DNA of 59,567 bases from Bacteroidota bacterium (GTDB lineage Bacteria; Bacteroidota; Bacteroidia; Cytophagales; Cyclobacteriaceae): the NCBI GenBank assembly GCA_039714715.1, contig JBDLIU010000001.1, positions 1 through 59,567 on the forward strand, given 5' to 3'. Both the position numbers and the translations under genes were made by a program. This document shows positions 16,843 through 26,109 of the stretch, piece by piece (positions within the stretch are counted from its first letter, which is position 1; each line of letters starts with the position of its first letter). The notes beneath the pieces were generated by a model. That model was not told where the DNA came from, searched no databases, and worked only from the letters and a program-made list of their open reading frames with translations.

Positions 16843-19800
16843 TGATATCGCTTTTTAATTCTTTAACTGCTCTTGTTACTTCTTCTTTTGACACCTTTCT
16901 TCCTGTAATATACCACTTAAAAAATGCCGTTATTGAGTTAAATAAAGAAAGCAGTAATGGTAACATGAGCAATGTGAGAAAGGTCGCAATCCCCAGTCCG
17001 TAAACAATTGAAATCGCCATTGGTTTTAAAAATTGTGCCTGTCTGCTCTTTTCAAGAAGAAGAGGTGCAAGCCCGGCAATGGTTGTAATGGTTGTTAAGA
17101 ATATGGCTCTAAACCTGGCAATACCGGCTTGTACAAGTGCCTCATCGAATTTTAAGCCTTCTCTTAAAAATCCATTGAACCGTCCTACCAGTACCAGGCC
17201 ATCATTAACCATAATACCAACCAGCGCTATAATGCCTAACCAGGATAACACATTAATCGAAAATCCATGGAAAAAATGTCCCCAGACAATGCCAATAAGA
17301 CTAAAAGGTACCATCAATATTAATAGCAGAGGCTGGCTATAAGATCGGAAAGTAAAGGCTATTACAATGTATATAAGAACAATTATTATACCTCCTACCT
17401 TGTTTACAGACTTTTTAGTCTTTTCAGCTTCTCTATTCTGACCTTCATAGCTGGCAGAAACAGAAGGATACCTTGAGATAATGTCGGGCATTACATTTGC
17501 TTTGATTGCATTCATTACCTCTACTTCACTTACATCAGGAGACCTGAGGTCTGCCGCAAGTTGGATTTCTCTTTTATTGTTAAGGTGATTTATGGCCACC
17601 TCACCACGCACAATTTCATAGGTAGCTATTTCAGAGAATGGCACTTTGCTGCCTGTACTGGTCGTGATCCACATGTCGTCCAGTTGTTTAATTGACGACC
17701 TGGTCTTTACATCATACCTGACCCATACCTTTATTTCATCCTGCCCCCTTTGAAATCGTTGAGCCTGGAAGCCAAAAAAACCATACCTAACCTGGTTCAT
17801 AACCGAACGCAACGTTAGCCCCAGTAAATGAGCATCATCCTTTAGCTTGATTCTTATTTCTTTAATGCCGGCAGGATCATTATCTGTAATATCTTTTAAT
17901 ACGGGATTATTGAGCATGTACTCCTTTAATTCCTGCTTAGCAGATTTGAGCTCGGGTATATTATTACCAAGCAAAGAGACAGCTATGGGCTTACCTCCAA
18001 AATGCATCCCGGAGCCAAAAGTTAGACTTTCAATACCATAGAACTCTCCTGCTTCTTTTCTAATAGCATTAGTGATCTCGAATGAAGGAAAGGCCCGTAA
18101 TTCACCCGGCAAAAGATTTATAGTTAAACTGGCATTGTTTATTCCCGGGCCAATACGCTTGATTATATTTCTTACAACCTGATCATCACCAGTTTGTCTT
18201 TTAGTAAATTCTTCATTTACCCGCCAGGCAGCTTCTTCAATTTCTGAGATAATAGAGTCTGTGATTTTCTCATTAGTACCCTGTGGCATACTTAGATTAA
18301 TCGAAATCCTGTCACTGGCCATATTAGGGAAGAAGGATGTCTTAACTATGCCACTCATAAGACCTCCAACCGAAAATATGAGGAATGAGATCGGTATGGC
18401 AAATCCAAGGAATTTGTTTTTAAGAAAGAAAGTAAGTGAAGGTGCATAAACCTTGTCTCTTACGTGCATTAGAAGCTTATCAGAGTATTGATTGATTTTG
18501 TGAAAAATCTTAAATAACCCTGTCGGTTCTTTTTTCTTGTTAACTAAAGCTTTAGAATGTGCAATGTGTGCCGGTAGAATAATTAATGCTTCTATCAAAG
18601 AAACAGCCAGGGTTAAGATTACCACTGTCGCTACTTCCTGGAAAAACTCGCCCATCATACCATCGAGAAAATAGAAGGTTGAGAATGCCAGCATGGTTGT
18701 TATTATGGCAGACACAATTGGTGGCATAACCTCCAGTGTGCCATCGATGGCAGCCTTGATAGGAGACTTACCTTTTTCATAATGCTGGTAAATATTCTCA
18801 CCAATCACAATTCCATCATCTACCAGGATACCAATTACAATGATCATTCCAAACAATGACAGTACATTGATAGTTACACCTAACTGTGCAGCAAACATAA
18901 ACATGCCAAAGAATGCTATTGGCAAGCCGGCAGCTACCCAAAGCGCTAACCTGAAGTTCAGGAAAAGAGCCAGGAATAACAGAACCAGGAGCATTCCAAT
19001 GGTAGCATTCTCCACTAAAATCATTGTCCGCATGGTTAAGGTGATAGACCGGTCACTTGCTATATTTATTTCAACATTATCGTGTTGCTCATTAAATACT
19101 TTAATGTAGTTTTTAATATTTGTGGCAGATGCAATAAGATCTTCATTGTTTGTATTGTTTACCTGGATATTGATGGCCATATTATCATTAAAAAAGAGAC
19201 GATCTGGATTTTCATTCCATTTATCAGAAATATTCGCAACATCTTTCAGATAAATAATCTTCCCGCTTTTATCTGCTTTAACCACAATAAAGCTCAGTTC
19301 GTCAGCATAATATTGCCTGTTTTTAGCTCGAATCAAGTAATCTTCTGCTTCGGTTTTAATATTACCACCAGTGATTAGCAAGTTAGATTGACTTACCGCA
19401 TTGGCAACATCAGTAAAATTTAAGTTATATGCTCTAAGATCAATTTCACGAACAGCAATTTCAATCTCTTCTAGAGGGAAACCTGTCAGAAAAACCTGAG
19501 AAATTCCCTTCATCCCGCGAAGGTCGTTTTCAATTTGACGTGCATATTGTTTTAATGTTGAAAGAGGAATATCATTTCCACTAAGTGTAAAACTAATAGT
19601 AGGTACAGTATTCTCCACTTTGGCAATTACCGGGGGTTCCATACCTACAGGAAAGGAGGGAACCCTGTCAACCGCATTTTTGACATCGGCCAAAACCACA
19701 TCAATATTTCTGTCTGTTTCAATCTCAACACTAATAGTTGCGGCATTTTCTCTTGATACAGATGTTATCCTGTCTATGCCAACAACTCCTTTCAGATTGT

Positions 19801-20008
19801 CTTCAATTTTAACAACTACGCCTTCCTCCATTTCTTGAGGTGATGCACCGGGATAGATTAGGTTAATTGTTATAAATTTCGACTCAGTAAGAGGGAAAAA
19901 TGAAGATTTTAATGAAAGTGCCCCCATCGCGCCAAATATTATAAAAGCGATGATGATCACATTAACTGCAACAGGAAACTTAATAAAGTATGATATTACT
20001 TTTTTCAT
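16832..20008 (-). CDS. RND efflux transporter permease (AcrB/AcrD/AcrF family)
   Basis: 1058 aa with a 12-TM architecture and two large periplasmic loops. The N-terminus MKKVISYFIKFPVAVNVIIIAFIIFG and the DDGIV motifs are typical of HAE1-type RND pumps. Confidence 0.9.
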   Translation of the reverse strand: MKKVISYFIKFPVAVNVIIIAFIIFGAMGALSLKSSFFPLTESKFITINLIYPGASPQEMEEGVVVKIEDNLKGVVGIDRITSVSRENAATISVEIETDRNIDVVLADVKNAVDRVPSFPVGMEPPVIAKVENTVPTISFTLSGNDIPLSTLKQYARQIENDLRGMKGISQVFLTGFPLEEIEIAVREIDLRAYNLNFTDVANAVSQSNLLITGGNIKTEAEDYLIRAKNRQYYADELSFIVVKADKSGKIIYLKDVANISDKWNENPDRLFFNDNMAINIQVNNTNNEDLIASATNIKNYIKVFNEQHDNVEINIASDRSITLTMRTMILVENATIGMLLVLLFLALFLNFRLALWVAAGLPIAFFGMFMFAAQLGVTINVLSLFGMIIVIGILVDDGIVIGENIYQHYEKGKSPIKAAIDGTLEVMPPIVSAIITTMLAFSTFYFLDGMMGEFFQEVATVVILTLAVSLIEALIILPAHIAHSKALVNKKKEPTGLFKIFHKINQYSDKLLMHVRDKVYAPSLTFFLKNKFLGFAIPISFLIFSVGGLMSGIVKTSFFPNMASDRISINLSMPQGTNEKITDSIISEIEEAAWRVNEEFTKRQTGDDQVVRNIIKRIGPGINNASLTINLLPGELRAFPSFEITNAIRKEAGEFYGIESLTFGSGMHFGGKPIAVSLLGNNIPELKSAKQELKEYMLNNPVLKDITDNDPAGIKEIRIKLKDDAHLLGLTLRSVMNQVRYGFFGFQAQRFQRGQDEIKVWVRYDVKTRSSIKQLDDMWITTSTGSKVPFSEIATYEIVRGEVAINHLNNKREIQLAADLRSPDVSEVEVMNAIKANVMPDIISRYPSVSASYEGQNREAEKTKKSVNKVGGIIIVLIYIVIAFTFRSYSQPLLLILMVPFSLIGIVWGHFFHGFSINVLSWLGIIALVGIMVNDGLVLVGRFNGFLREGLKFDEALVQAGIARFRAIFLTTITTIAGLAPLLLEKSRQAQFLKPMAISIVYGLGIATFLTLLMLPLLLSLFNSITAFFKWYITGRKVSKEEVTRAVKELKSDINVE

Positions 20009-20035
20009 AGGAATATTCTCAGCTATTGCAACAAT

Positions 20036-21160
20036 TTATTGATTAGTTGATTCCATTTCGGCTACCTTTACAACCATTCCCGAATATGCTCCCGGAATTG
20101 TTCTGGCCAAAACTTTAGTGCCATCTTTCAACCCTTTCACAACCACAGTTTTATCTTTAAAATAGACAGGTTGCACTTTTTCTAATACAAGCGTTGAATC
20201 TTGCACAGTGAATACTGCTTCATTATTTACAAGTAGTTTTCTTGGCATTTCGTATGCATTTTGTTCATGCCTGGCTAACAGATGTGCTTCCAGATACATG
20301 CCTTCTTTCATGCTTTTACCCGATGCTTCAATAAAAACCTTCGCTGTTTGCGAGGCCTGGTCTACCTTTCCATTTATTCGAATCACTTTACCTTCACAAG
20401 TTTTAGAACCATCTAAAGTTGCCAGCTTCACTGGGTTCCCTATTTGAATCAAATCGATATAATCTGCATTAACAGAAACTTCTATCTCATACAACCCCGG
20501 ATTGATAAGTTCACCAAGTTTTTGGCCAGGCCTTACCAGTGATCCCGGATTTACGGAAGCTTCTGTTAAAATACCATTATAAGGCGCTTTTATCTGGTAT
20601 TTGCTCAACCTTACTTCCATGTTCTTTACATTGTAGTAGGTAGTATAAATGTTTCTTCCGGAAATAAAGAACTTCTCTTTTTCTGTGGTTGCCTTGGGAA
20701 GGATAGGGGTTGTTTTATTGAAATTAAAATTCTTAAGATATCGCTGCCATTTATCATATTCATCAGGGTAATCTAAACGAATATCGGGCATAACTGATGC
20801 AATTGAATTATATAAATTACTTTTTTGAGCCTGTAGATTAGCATAATGCTCATCACTGTTAATCTTTAGGATGGTTTCACCTTTCTTATAAGAGGTGCCT
20901 GCTTTAAACTCTTTGTGATTTGAGTGCAGGATTCCTTGTACCTCACTATACAGCTCAATCTTGTTTTTAGCTGTAAGGTTTCCATTAAGTTTTATGGTTA
21001 TCGGTATTTCCTGATTGATCACCTCATCAATGTACACCAGCTTTACAATCCTTTTTGCCTTTTCAGGAACTTTCTTGTTATTCAAAATCATTGCCCTTAC
21101 AATGAATATTGATACACCAATTAATATTATTCCCAGTATAACAGTTATTGCCTTTCTCAT
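20036..21160 (-). CDS. RND efflux periplasmic adaptor (membrane fusion protein, HlyD family)
   Basis: N-terminal anchor followed by lipoyl/barrel-sandwich-like segments. Its position between MarR and the RND pump fits, and it has a 4-bp start/stop overlap with the MarR gene. Confidence 0.85.
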   Translation of the reverse strand: MRKAITVILGIILIGVSIFIVRAMILNNKKVPEKAKRIVKLVYIDEVINQEIPITIKLNGNLTAKNKIELYSEVQGILHSNHKEFKAGTSYKKGETILKINSDEHYANLQAQKSNLYNSIASVMPDIRLDYPDEYDKWQRYLKNFNFNKTTPILPKATTEKEKFFISGRNIYTTYYNVKNMEVRLSKYQIKAPYNGILTEASVNPGSLVRPGQKLGELINPGLYEIEVSVNADYIDLIQIGNPVKLATLDGSKTCEGKVIRINGKVDQASQTAKVFIEASGKSMKEGMYLEAHLLARHEQNAYEMPRKLLVNNEAVFTVQDSTLVLEKVQPVYFKDKTVVVKGLKDGTKVLARTIPGAYSGMVVKVAEMESTNQ

Positions 21161-21624
21161 TTATTTATATCGAAATTTATTTTTTTAATAATATTATTTT
21201 GAATTTGATCCAGTACCATTATTGTTTTTACCAAATCTTCGCTACTGATGTTGTCCTGCAATTCTTTCATAATCTTCTCCAAAACAGGTAAAGAATTATT
21301 GAAAACATCTTTTCCTAACGTGCTAAGATGTATATGGTTTATTCTTTTATCTTGTTTGCATAGCTCTCTGTAAACCAGATCTTTTTTCTCCATTGTATTT
21401 ATAAGCCTTGTTAAAGATGTTTTTGAACGATTCGTAATAAATGCCAATTCGTTTTGGGTTTGACCATCCTCATCTTTAAGCTTTTTAAGAATCAGCCACT
21501 GCTCAATAGATAAATCGATTCCATTTTCATGGAATGTATCATTAAAGTAGTAACCAGACAGCTTGGCTGTCTTTCCTAAACTAGGAAGGAGCGTTTTTTC
21601 AAATATACTGGGATACACAATCAT
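21157..21624 (-). CDS. MarR-family transcriptional regulator
   Basis: 155 aa with a winged-HTH region QNELAFITNRSKTSLTRLINTMEKKDLVYR. It is the first gene of the efflux operon. Confidence 0.85.
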   Translation of the reverse strand: MIVYPSIFEKTLLPSLGKTAKLSGYYFNDTFHENGIDLSIEQWLILKKLKDEDGQTQNELAFITNRSKTSLTRLINTMEKKDLVYRELCKQDKRINHIHLSTLGKDVFNNSLPVLEKIMKELQDNISSEDLVKTIMVLDQIQNNIIKKINFDINK

Positions 21625-21637
21625 ATTTTTGAGAGCG

Positions 21638-21645
21638 CAAATATA
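21638..21645 (-). promoter_or_regulatory. Bacteroidota-type -7 promoter box for the marR-efflux operon
   Basis: The minus strand reads TATATTTG, an exact match to TAnnTTTG, 13 nt upstream of the ATG at 21624. Confidence 0.45.
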
Positions 21646-21658
21646 TAAGAATTAAATT

Positions 21659-21676
21659 TAGTTGCATATGCAACTA
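21659..21676. promoter_or_regulatory. perfect 18-bp palindrome, probable MarR operator
   Basis: TAGTTGCATATGCAACTA is its own reverse complement. It lies 14 bp upstream of the -7 box, where a -33 element would be, in the marR / DUF2975 divergent region. Confidence 0.55.
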
Positions 21677-21796
21677 TAGAAAAAATTATTTTTTAAAAAT
21701 AAAAATATATTGATTATCGATAAATATATGCTAAGTTTACCTTGTAATATTGTTTTAGGAAAGATTAAAGGATTCCTTTATTTCATTATACATACA

Positions 21797-21804
21797 TATT
21801 TTTG
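21797..21804 (+). promoter_or_regulatory. Bacteroidota-type -7 promoter box for the DUF2975/HTH pair
   Basis: TATTTTTG is an exact TAnnTTTG match, 30 nt upstream of the ATG at 21835. Confidence 0.45.
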
Positions 21805-21834
21805 CACCCTGAATACAATTTATAAACATGTATT

Positions 21835-22458
21835 ATGAGGAATTATAAAATACTAAGCTTAACTAAGATAATCCTTAATATCTACTGGTATTTGCAGATA
21901 TTGTTAGTTGCTACAATTATAGTAATAGGGTTGTTCCTATTGTTTGATGTTCAGTTTATTGACATTAACCATTTAAAAGGATTTAAGGTACATTTCTCAA
22001 AAATTACATTTTCTGATCCTTTAGTGTATAATGGAGCTGAGTATGATTTCACATTAACCAATGGAGAAGGACGACTTCATATTGATGATCTGGATCAAAA
22101 ATTTATTTATTTAAGAATGTTGGCTGCACTAACTGATTCATTACTATACCTGATGATTATTTACTTTTTACGCAGAGTATTTAAAAACTTGACTCAAGAC
22201 AAATATTTTGTAACTGAAAACGGTAGATATATTAAATACATAGCCATATCAATAATCTTATTGGCGATAGTTCCAGAAACAATTTATTTATTAACAGATA
22301 GCTGGATAAAGAATGTTATTGATCAAAAAGATGTCATTATGACCGTTGGATTTTCATTAGATTTTCAAACAATTCTTCTTGGATTATTAGTCTTTGTAAT
22401 AAGTATAATTTTTCTTCGGGGAATAGAATTAAAAGAGGACCAAGACTTAACTATCTAA
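21835..22458 (+). CDS. DUF2975-like multi-pass membrane protein
   Basis: 207 aa with about 4 TM segments. Its stop abuts the start of a 70-aa XRE-type HTH gene, which is the well-known DUF2975 / YozG-like pairing. Confidence 0.6.
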   Translation: MRNYKILSLTKIILNIYWYLQILLVATIIVIGLFLLFDVQFIDINHLKGFKVHFSKITFSDPLVYNGAEYDFTLTNGEGRLHIDDLDQKFIYLRMLAALTDSLLYLMIIYFLRRVFKNLTQDKYFVTENGRYIKYIAISIILLAIVPETIYLLTDSWIKNVIDQKDVIMTVGFSLDFQTILLGLLVFVISIIFLRGIELKEDQDLTI

Positions 22459-22671
22459 ATGCCAATAATTACAAACCTGGATGTAATGCTTGCCAAGCGA
22501 AAAATGTCGCTGACAGAATTGTCGGAAAGAGTTGGTATCACTATGGCTAACTTATCAATCTTAAAAAGTGGCAAAGCCAGGGCAATTCGATTTTCAACAC
22601 TTGAACTAATTTGTAAAGAATTGGATTGTCAACCTGCAGACCTGTTTGAGTTTGTTAATGAGCAGGAGTGA
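22459..22671 (+). CDS. XRE/Cro-type helix-turn-helix transcriptional regulator (YozG-like)
   Basis: 70 aa. LAKRKMSLTELSERVGITMANLSILKSGKARAIRFSTLELICKELDCQPADLFEF is a typical HTH_26/YozG sequence. Confidence 0.85.
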   Translation: MPIITNLDVMLAKRKMSLTELSERVGITMANLSILKSGKARAIRFSTLELICKELDCQPADLFEFVNEQE

Positions 22672-22822
22672 TTATTCTAATCAGTTATTCCTGAAAAATC
22701 CGAATCACTTTCTGATTTATAGCGGATCTATATATTATGTTTATTCAAAAAGTATAATAATTACCAGCTTAGTGCAATTTATTGTTAGAATTATAAAAAT
22801 TATCGAAAAACAATAAAAAAAC

Positions 22823-22855
22823 ATTGCAAAAGGATAAATTGTGTTTTTATATTTG
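22823..22855 (+). promoter_or_regulatory. Bacteroidota-type promoter (-33 TTG, 21 nt, -7 TATATTTG) for the peptidase gene
   Basis: ATTG at 22823-22826 and an exact TAnnTTTG match at 22848-22855, 32 nt upstream of the ATG at 22888. Confidence 0.5.
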
Positions 22856-22887
22856 TCTATTAAAAATATAAATAACCAGTTTCCGCA

Positions 22888-25032
22888 ATGACTAAAAATA
22901 TCACTCTGATTTTGTTCTTGTTTGCAATGGTCTCTCAAATTGCAATAGCGCAAAACGCACATCAAAACATCAATGTTGAGATAGATGTTACCAGCTCGAA
23001 GATAGCTGTTAAAAACAAAATAGATTTACCTAATAATGTATTAGATAGTAAGTACAGTACATATTTCTATTTACATAAGAATTTAACAATCGAAGACGTT
23101 GAAGGAGGTAAGTTTTCTGAAGTAGAGAATACTGATAAGGCTAACAAGGCCTATGTTAAAAAGTACTTGCTTAAGCTTAAGAAATCTTCGAAAGAATCTC
23201 TAACTATATCTTACGAGGGTGTTATTAAGGATGAAATAAAACAATCGGCAGCCGAGTATGCAAGGGGATTTAGTGAAACTAAAGGTACCATTAGCGAGAA
23301 TGGTATGTACCTGGCCGGGAGTACTTATTGGCTTCCTACATTTGAGAAGGAGATATTATCAAGTTTTGTGCTTGATGTTACAATCAATAAAGGCTGGTCT
23401 ATTGTTTCGCAAGGACAGCGCACAAAAAATGAGAATAATAGCAGCACAGTAAACATAGTCTACAATTCTCCGGAACCAATGGATGAGGTATACCTTATTG
23501 GTGCTAAATGGACTGAGTATATAAGAATGCATGGTGATGTCGAGGTACAGGTATTCTTAAGAAATCCTGATGTAGAACTGGCAAACAGATATTTAGGTGT
23601 TACCAGTGGATATATTCAAATGTATGAAACCTTAATTGGAGCATACCCTTATACCAAGTTTGCAATGGTCGAGAACTTCTGGGAAACAGGCTATGGAATG
23701 CCTTCATTCACATTATTGGGTGAAAAGGTGATTCGGTTTCCATGGATTCTTTACTCTTCATATCCACATGAACTTTTACACAACTATTGGGGAAATAGCG
23801 TGTTCGTAGATTACGAAAGAGGAAACTGGTGCGAAGGTATTACAGCTTATATGGCAGATCATCTGATGCAAGAGCAACAAGGAAGTGGCGCAAGTTATCG
23901 CAGAAATACATTACAAAAATTCACCGACTATGTAAATGATGAAAATGATTTTCCGGTAAATAAGTTTCTGAGCAGGAATAATTCTGCTGAAGAAGCGATA
24001 GGATATGGTAAAGTGCTAATGATCAACAATATGCTTCGCACATATCTTGGTGATGAAGTTTTTATAAAGGCATATCAAAAATTTTACGAAGACAATAAAT
24101 TCCAAAAGGTTTCATTCCCTGAAATTCAGAAAAGTTTCGAAGAAGTCTCAGGCCAGAACCTGGATCCTTTTTTCAAACAGTGGATCAACAGAAAAGGTGC
24201 TCCATCCTTTGAGATCAGTAATGTAAAGGCTGATGGCAACAAGTTGAATTTCACATTAAAGCAAGTTCAGAATGAGGATGTTTTTAACATTACTGTTCCG
24301 GTTGCTGTATATACCGAGGGTAGCGAAGAGGTTGTTTGGAAGTCAGTTGATATGACAGAAAGACAACATATCTTTTCTTTTGCTCTTGACCAAAAACCTT
24401 TAAGAATTGAAATTGACCCTGATTTTAACCTGATGAGACGCCTTGACAGGAAAGAGGTACCTGCTTCTTTATCGCAGGTGTTTGGTTCAAAACAGTCTGC
24501 CATAATTTTACCATCAGAAAGTGAAAACATCGAAGCTTATGAGCAACTCGCCAATACATGGAAAGCTACCCAGGAGGCTCAGGGAAAAGAGGCCGTAATT
24601 CTAAAAGATTCTGACATAGAAAATATTCCAACGGATAAATCTGTATGGGTGTTGGGATATGAAAATAAATTCAATAAAAATGAGTTGCAAAACGCCTATG
24701 CTGCCTCATTCAATAGTGAAACAATAGATAAAATTAAAGGCCTGGCACAGAACGGTGCATTGGTTTATGCTGTTCCAAATGCGGCTAACATCGAACAATC
24801 TGTAGGTTTTGTCGGTGCTAATTCTCCTGCAGCTATCAGCGCACTTACAAGAAAACTATTGCATTACGGAAAATATGGGTACCTGGGTTTTGAAGGAGAT
24901 GGAGCTAATAATGTACTTAAAGGCTCACTTCCTGCTTTGGGTTCTCCATTGAGTATAACCGTAAATGAAGGAGAAGTCAAGGCTAAAATATCACCACGTA
25001 AAGCTTTATATCAACCAACAAGAAGACATTAA
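22888..25032 (+). CDS. secreted M1-like gluzincin metallopeptidase
   Basis: Signal peptide ...AIAQ. HELLHNYWGN followed by NWCEGITAYM resembles HExxH-x18-E / WLNEGFA of the M1 family, but the spacer is one residue shorter here. Confidence 0.65.
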   Translation: MTKNITLILFLFAMVSQIAIAQNAHQNINVEIDVTSSKIAVKNKIDLPNNVLDSKYSTYFYLHKNLTIEDVEGGKFSEVENTDKANKAYVKKYLLKLKKSSKESLTISYEGVIKDEIKQSAAEYARGFSETKGTISENGMYLAGSTYWLPTFEKEILSSFVLDVTINKGWSIVSQGQRTKNENNSSTVNIVYNSPEPMDEVYLIGAKWTEYIRMHGDVEVQVFLRNPDVELANRYLGVTSGYIQMYETLIGAYPYTKFAMVENFWETGYGMPSFTLLGEKVIRFPWILYSSYPHELLHNYWGNSVFVDYERGNWCEGITAYMADHLMQEQQGSGASYRRNTLQKFTDYVNDENDFPVNKFLSRNNSAEEAIGYGKVLMINNMLRTYLGDEVFIKAYQKFYEDNKFQKVSFPEIQKSFEEVSGQNLDPFFKQWINRKGAPSFEISNVKADGNKLNFTLKQVQNEDVFNITVPVAVYTEGSEEVVWKSVDMTERQHIFSFALDQKPLRIEIDPDFNLMRRLDRKEVPASLSQVFGSKQSAIILPSESENIEAYEQLANTWKATQEAQGKEAVILKDSDIENIPTDKSVWVLGYENKFNKNELQNAYAASFNSETIDKIKGLAQNGALVYAVPNAANIEQSVGFVGANSPAAISALTRKLLHYGKYGYLGFEGDGANNVLKGSLPALGSPLSITVNEGEVKAKISPRKALYQPTRRH

Positions 25033-25065
25033 AACTGATTTTTTAACGATTAATTCAATATTTAA

Positions 25066-26091
25066 ATGAAGAATATATTTAATTTTTTGCTAGTAATGGG
25101 CCTGGCCTCATTCGTATTTATTTCTTGTACAGAAACTAAGAGCGAGCAGCCTGCAGACGAACATGAAAAAGAGGCGGAGGCAACTTTTACGCTTACTAAT
25201 GTGCCCAATGTAACTAATGGCGCAGAAGCTTATTTTTCTCCCGATGGGAAATCTTTGATATTTAATGGCAAACTGGGAGAGGATACTACTCACCAGGTTT
25301 ACACTATTAACATTGATGGCACTGACCTTAAGCAAATTAACGGTATTGGCGATGATGCCTGTTCACATTATACACCTGATGGAAAGAGCCTTTTATGGAC
25401 ATCTACCAGGGATAACCTCGATATGCACAGAGGTAATTATTCTGATCCACAGGACTATCCACAAGGAGCTGAGCTCTATCAAAGCGACTTAGATGGGAAT
25501 AATATTGTTCGCCTGACAGATAATGAACAGTATGATGCAGAAGTAGGTATCAGCCCTGATGGTAAAACCATCTTATTCGGTCGTCAGACTGATGGGATGA
25601 TGGATTTGTGGACAATGGATACTGATGGAAGTAACCAGAAACAAATAACATTTACTCCTGATTGGCAGGAAGGTGGTGCTTTTATCATGCCGGATAATAA
25701 AACTGTTTTATACCGAGCCTGGAAAAAGTCTGAAGAAGGACAGAAGAGTAAAGATATGCATCTTTTTATCGTAGATGTTAATGGTGAAAATATGAAGCAA
25801 TTAACACATGAAGCTGGCACTCACTGGGCGCCATTTCCTGCACCTGATGGTGAACATTTTGCTTATGTAAAGGTATTTCCGCCACATAATTATGAGATTG
25901 TGATGCGCAGCATAAAAACCGGAGAAGAAAAGAGACTTACTAATAGTCCTTCTTTCGATGGATTCCCAGCGATTTCTCCTGATGGAAAGACACTTTCTTT
26001 CTCATCAAGCAGAGGTAATGAGAAAGGTAATCGTGCATTGAAACTTTGGTTAATGGATATCTCATCTCTTAACCTTGGCGCAAAAGAATAA
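25066..26091 (+). CDS. TolB-like PD40 (WD40-like) beta-propeller lipoprotein
   Basis: Lipobox FISC. Repeated (F/Y/I)SPDGK(S/T)(L/I) motifs occur five times: FSPDGKSLIF, YTPDGKSLLW, ISPDGKTILF, APDGEHFAY, ISPDGKTLSF. Confidence 0.8.
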   Translation: MKNIFNFLLVMGLASFVFISCTETKSEQPADEHEKEAEATFTLTNVPNVTNGAEAYFSPDGKSLIFNGKLGEDTTHQVYTINIDGTDLKQINGIGDDACSHYTPDGKSLLWTSTRDNLDMHRGNYSDPQDYPQGAELYQSDLDGNNIVRLTDNEQYDAEVGISPDGKTILFGRQTDGMMDLWTMDTDGSNQKQITFTPDWQEGGAFIMPDNKTVLYRAWKKSEEGQKSKDMHLFIVDVNGENMKQLTHEAGTHWAPFPAPDGEHFAYVKVFPPHNYEIVMRSIKTGEEKRLTNSPSFDGFPAISPDGKTLSFSSSRGNEKGNRALKLWLMDISSLNLGAKE

Positions 26092-26109
26092 ACAACATAC
26101 TTAAATAAT

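Noticed and set aside
22741-22965. 74-aa minus-strand ORF overlapping the promoter and 5' end of the M1-like peptidase gene
   Set aside because: The region is AT-rich and the translation is low-complexity Ile/Phe/Cys-rich. It overlaps a consensus promoter and the signal-peptide codons of a supported gene.
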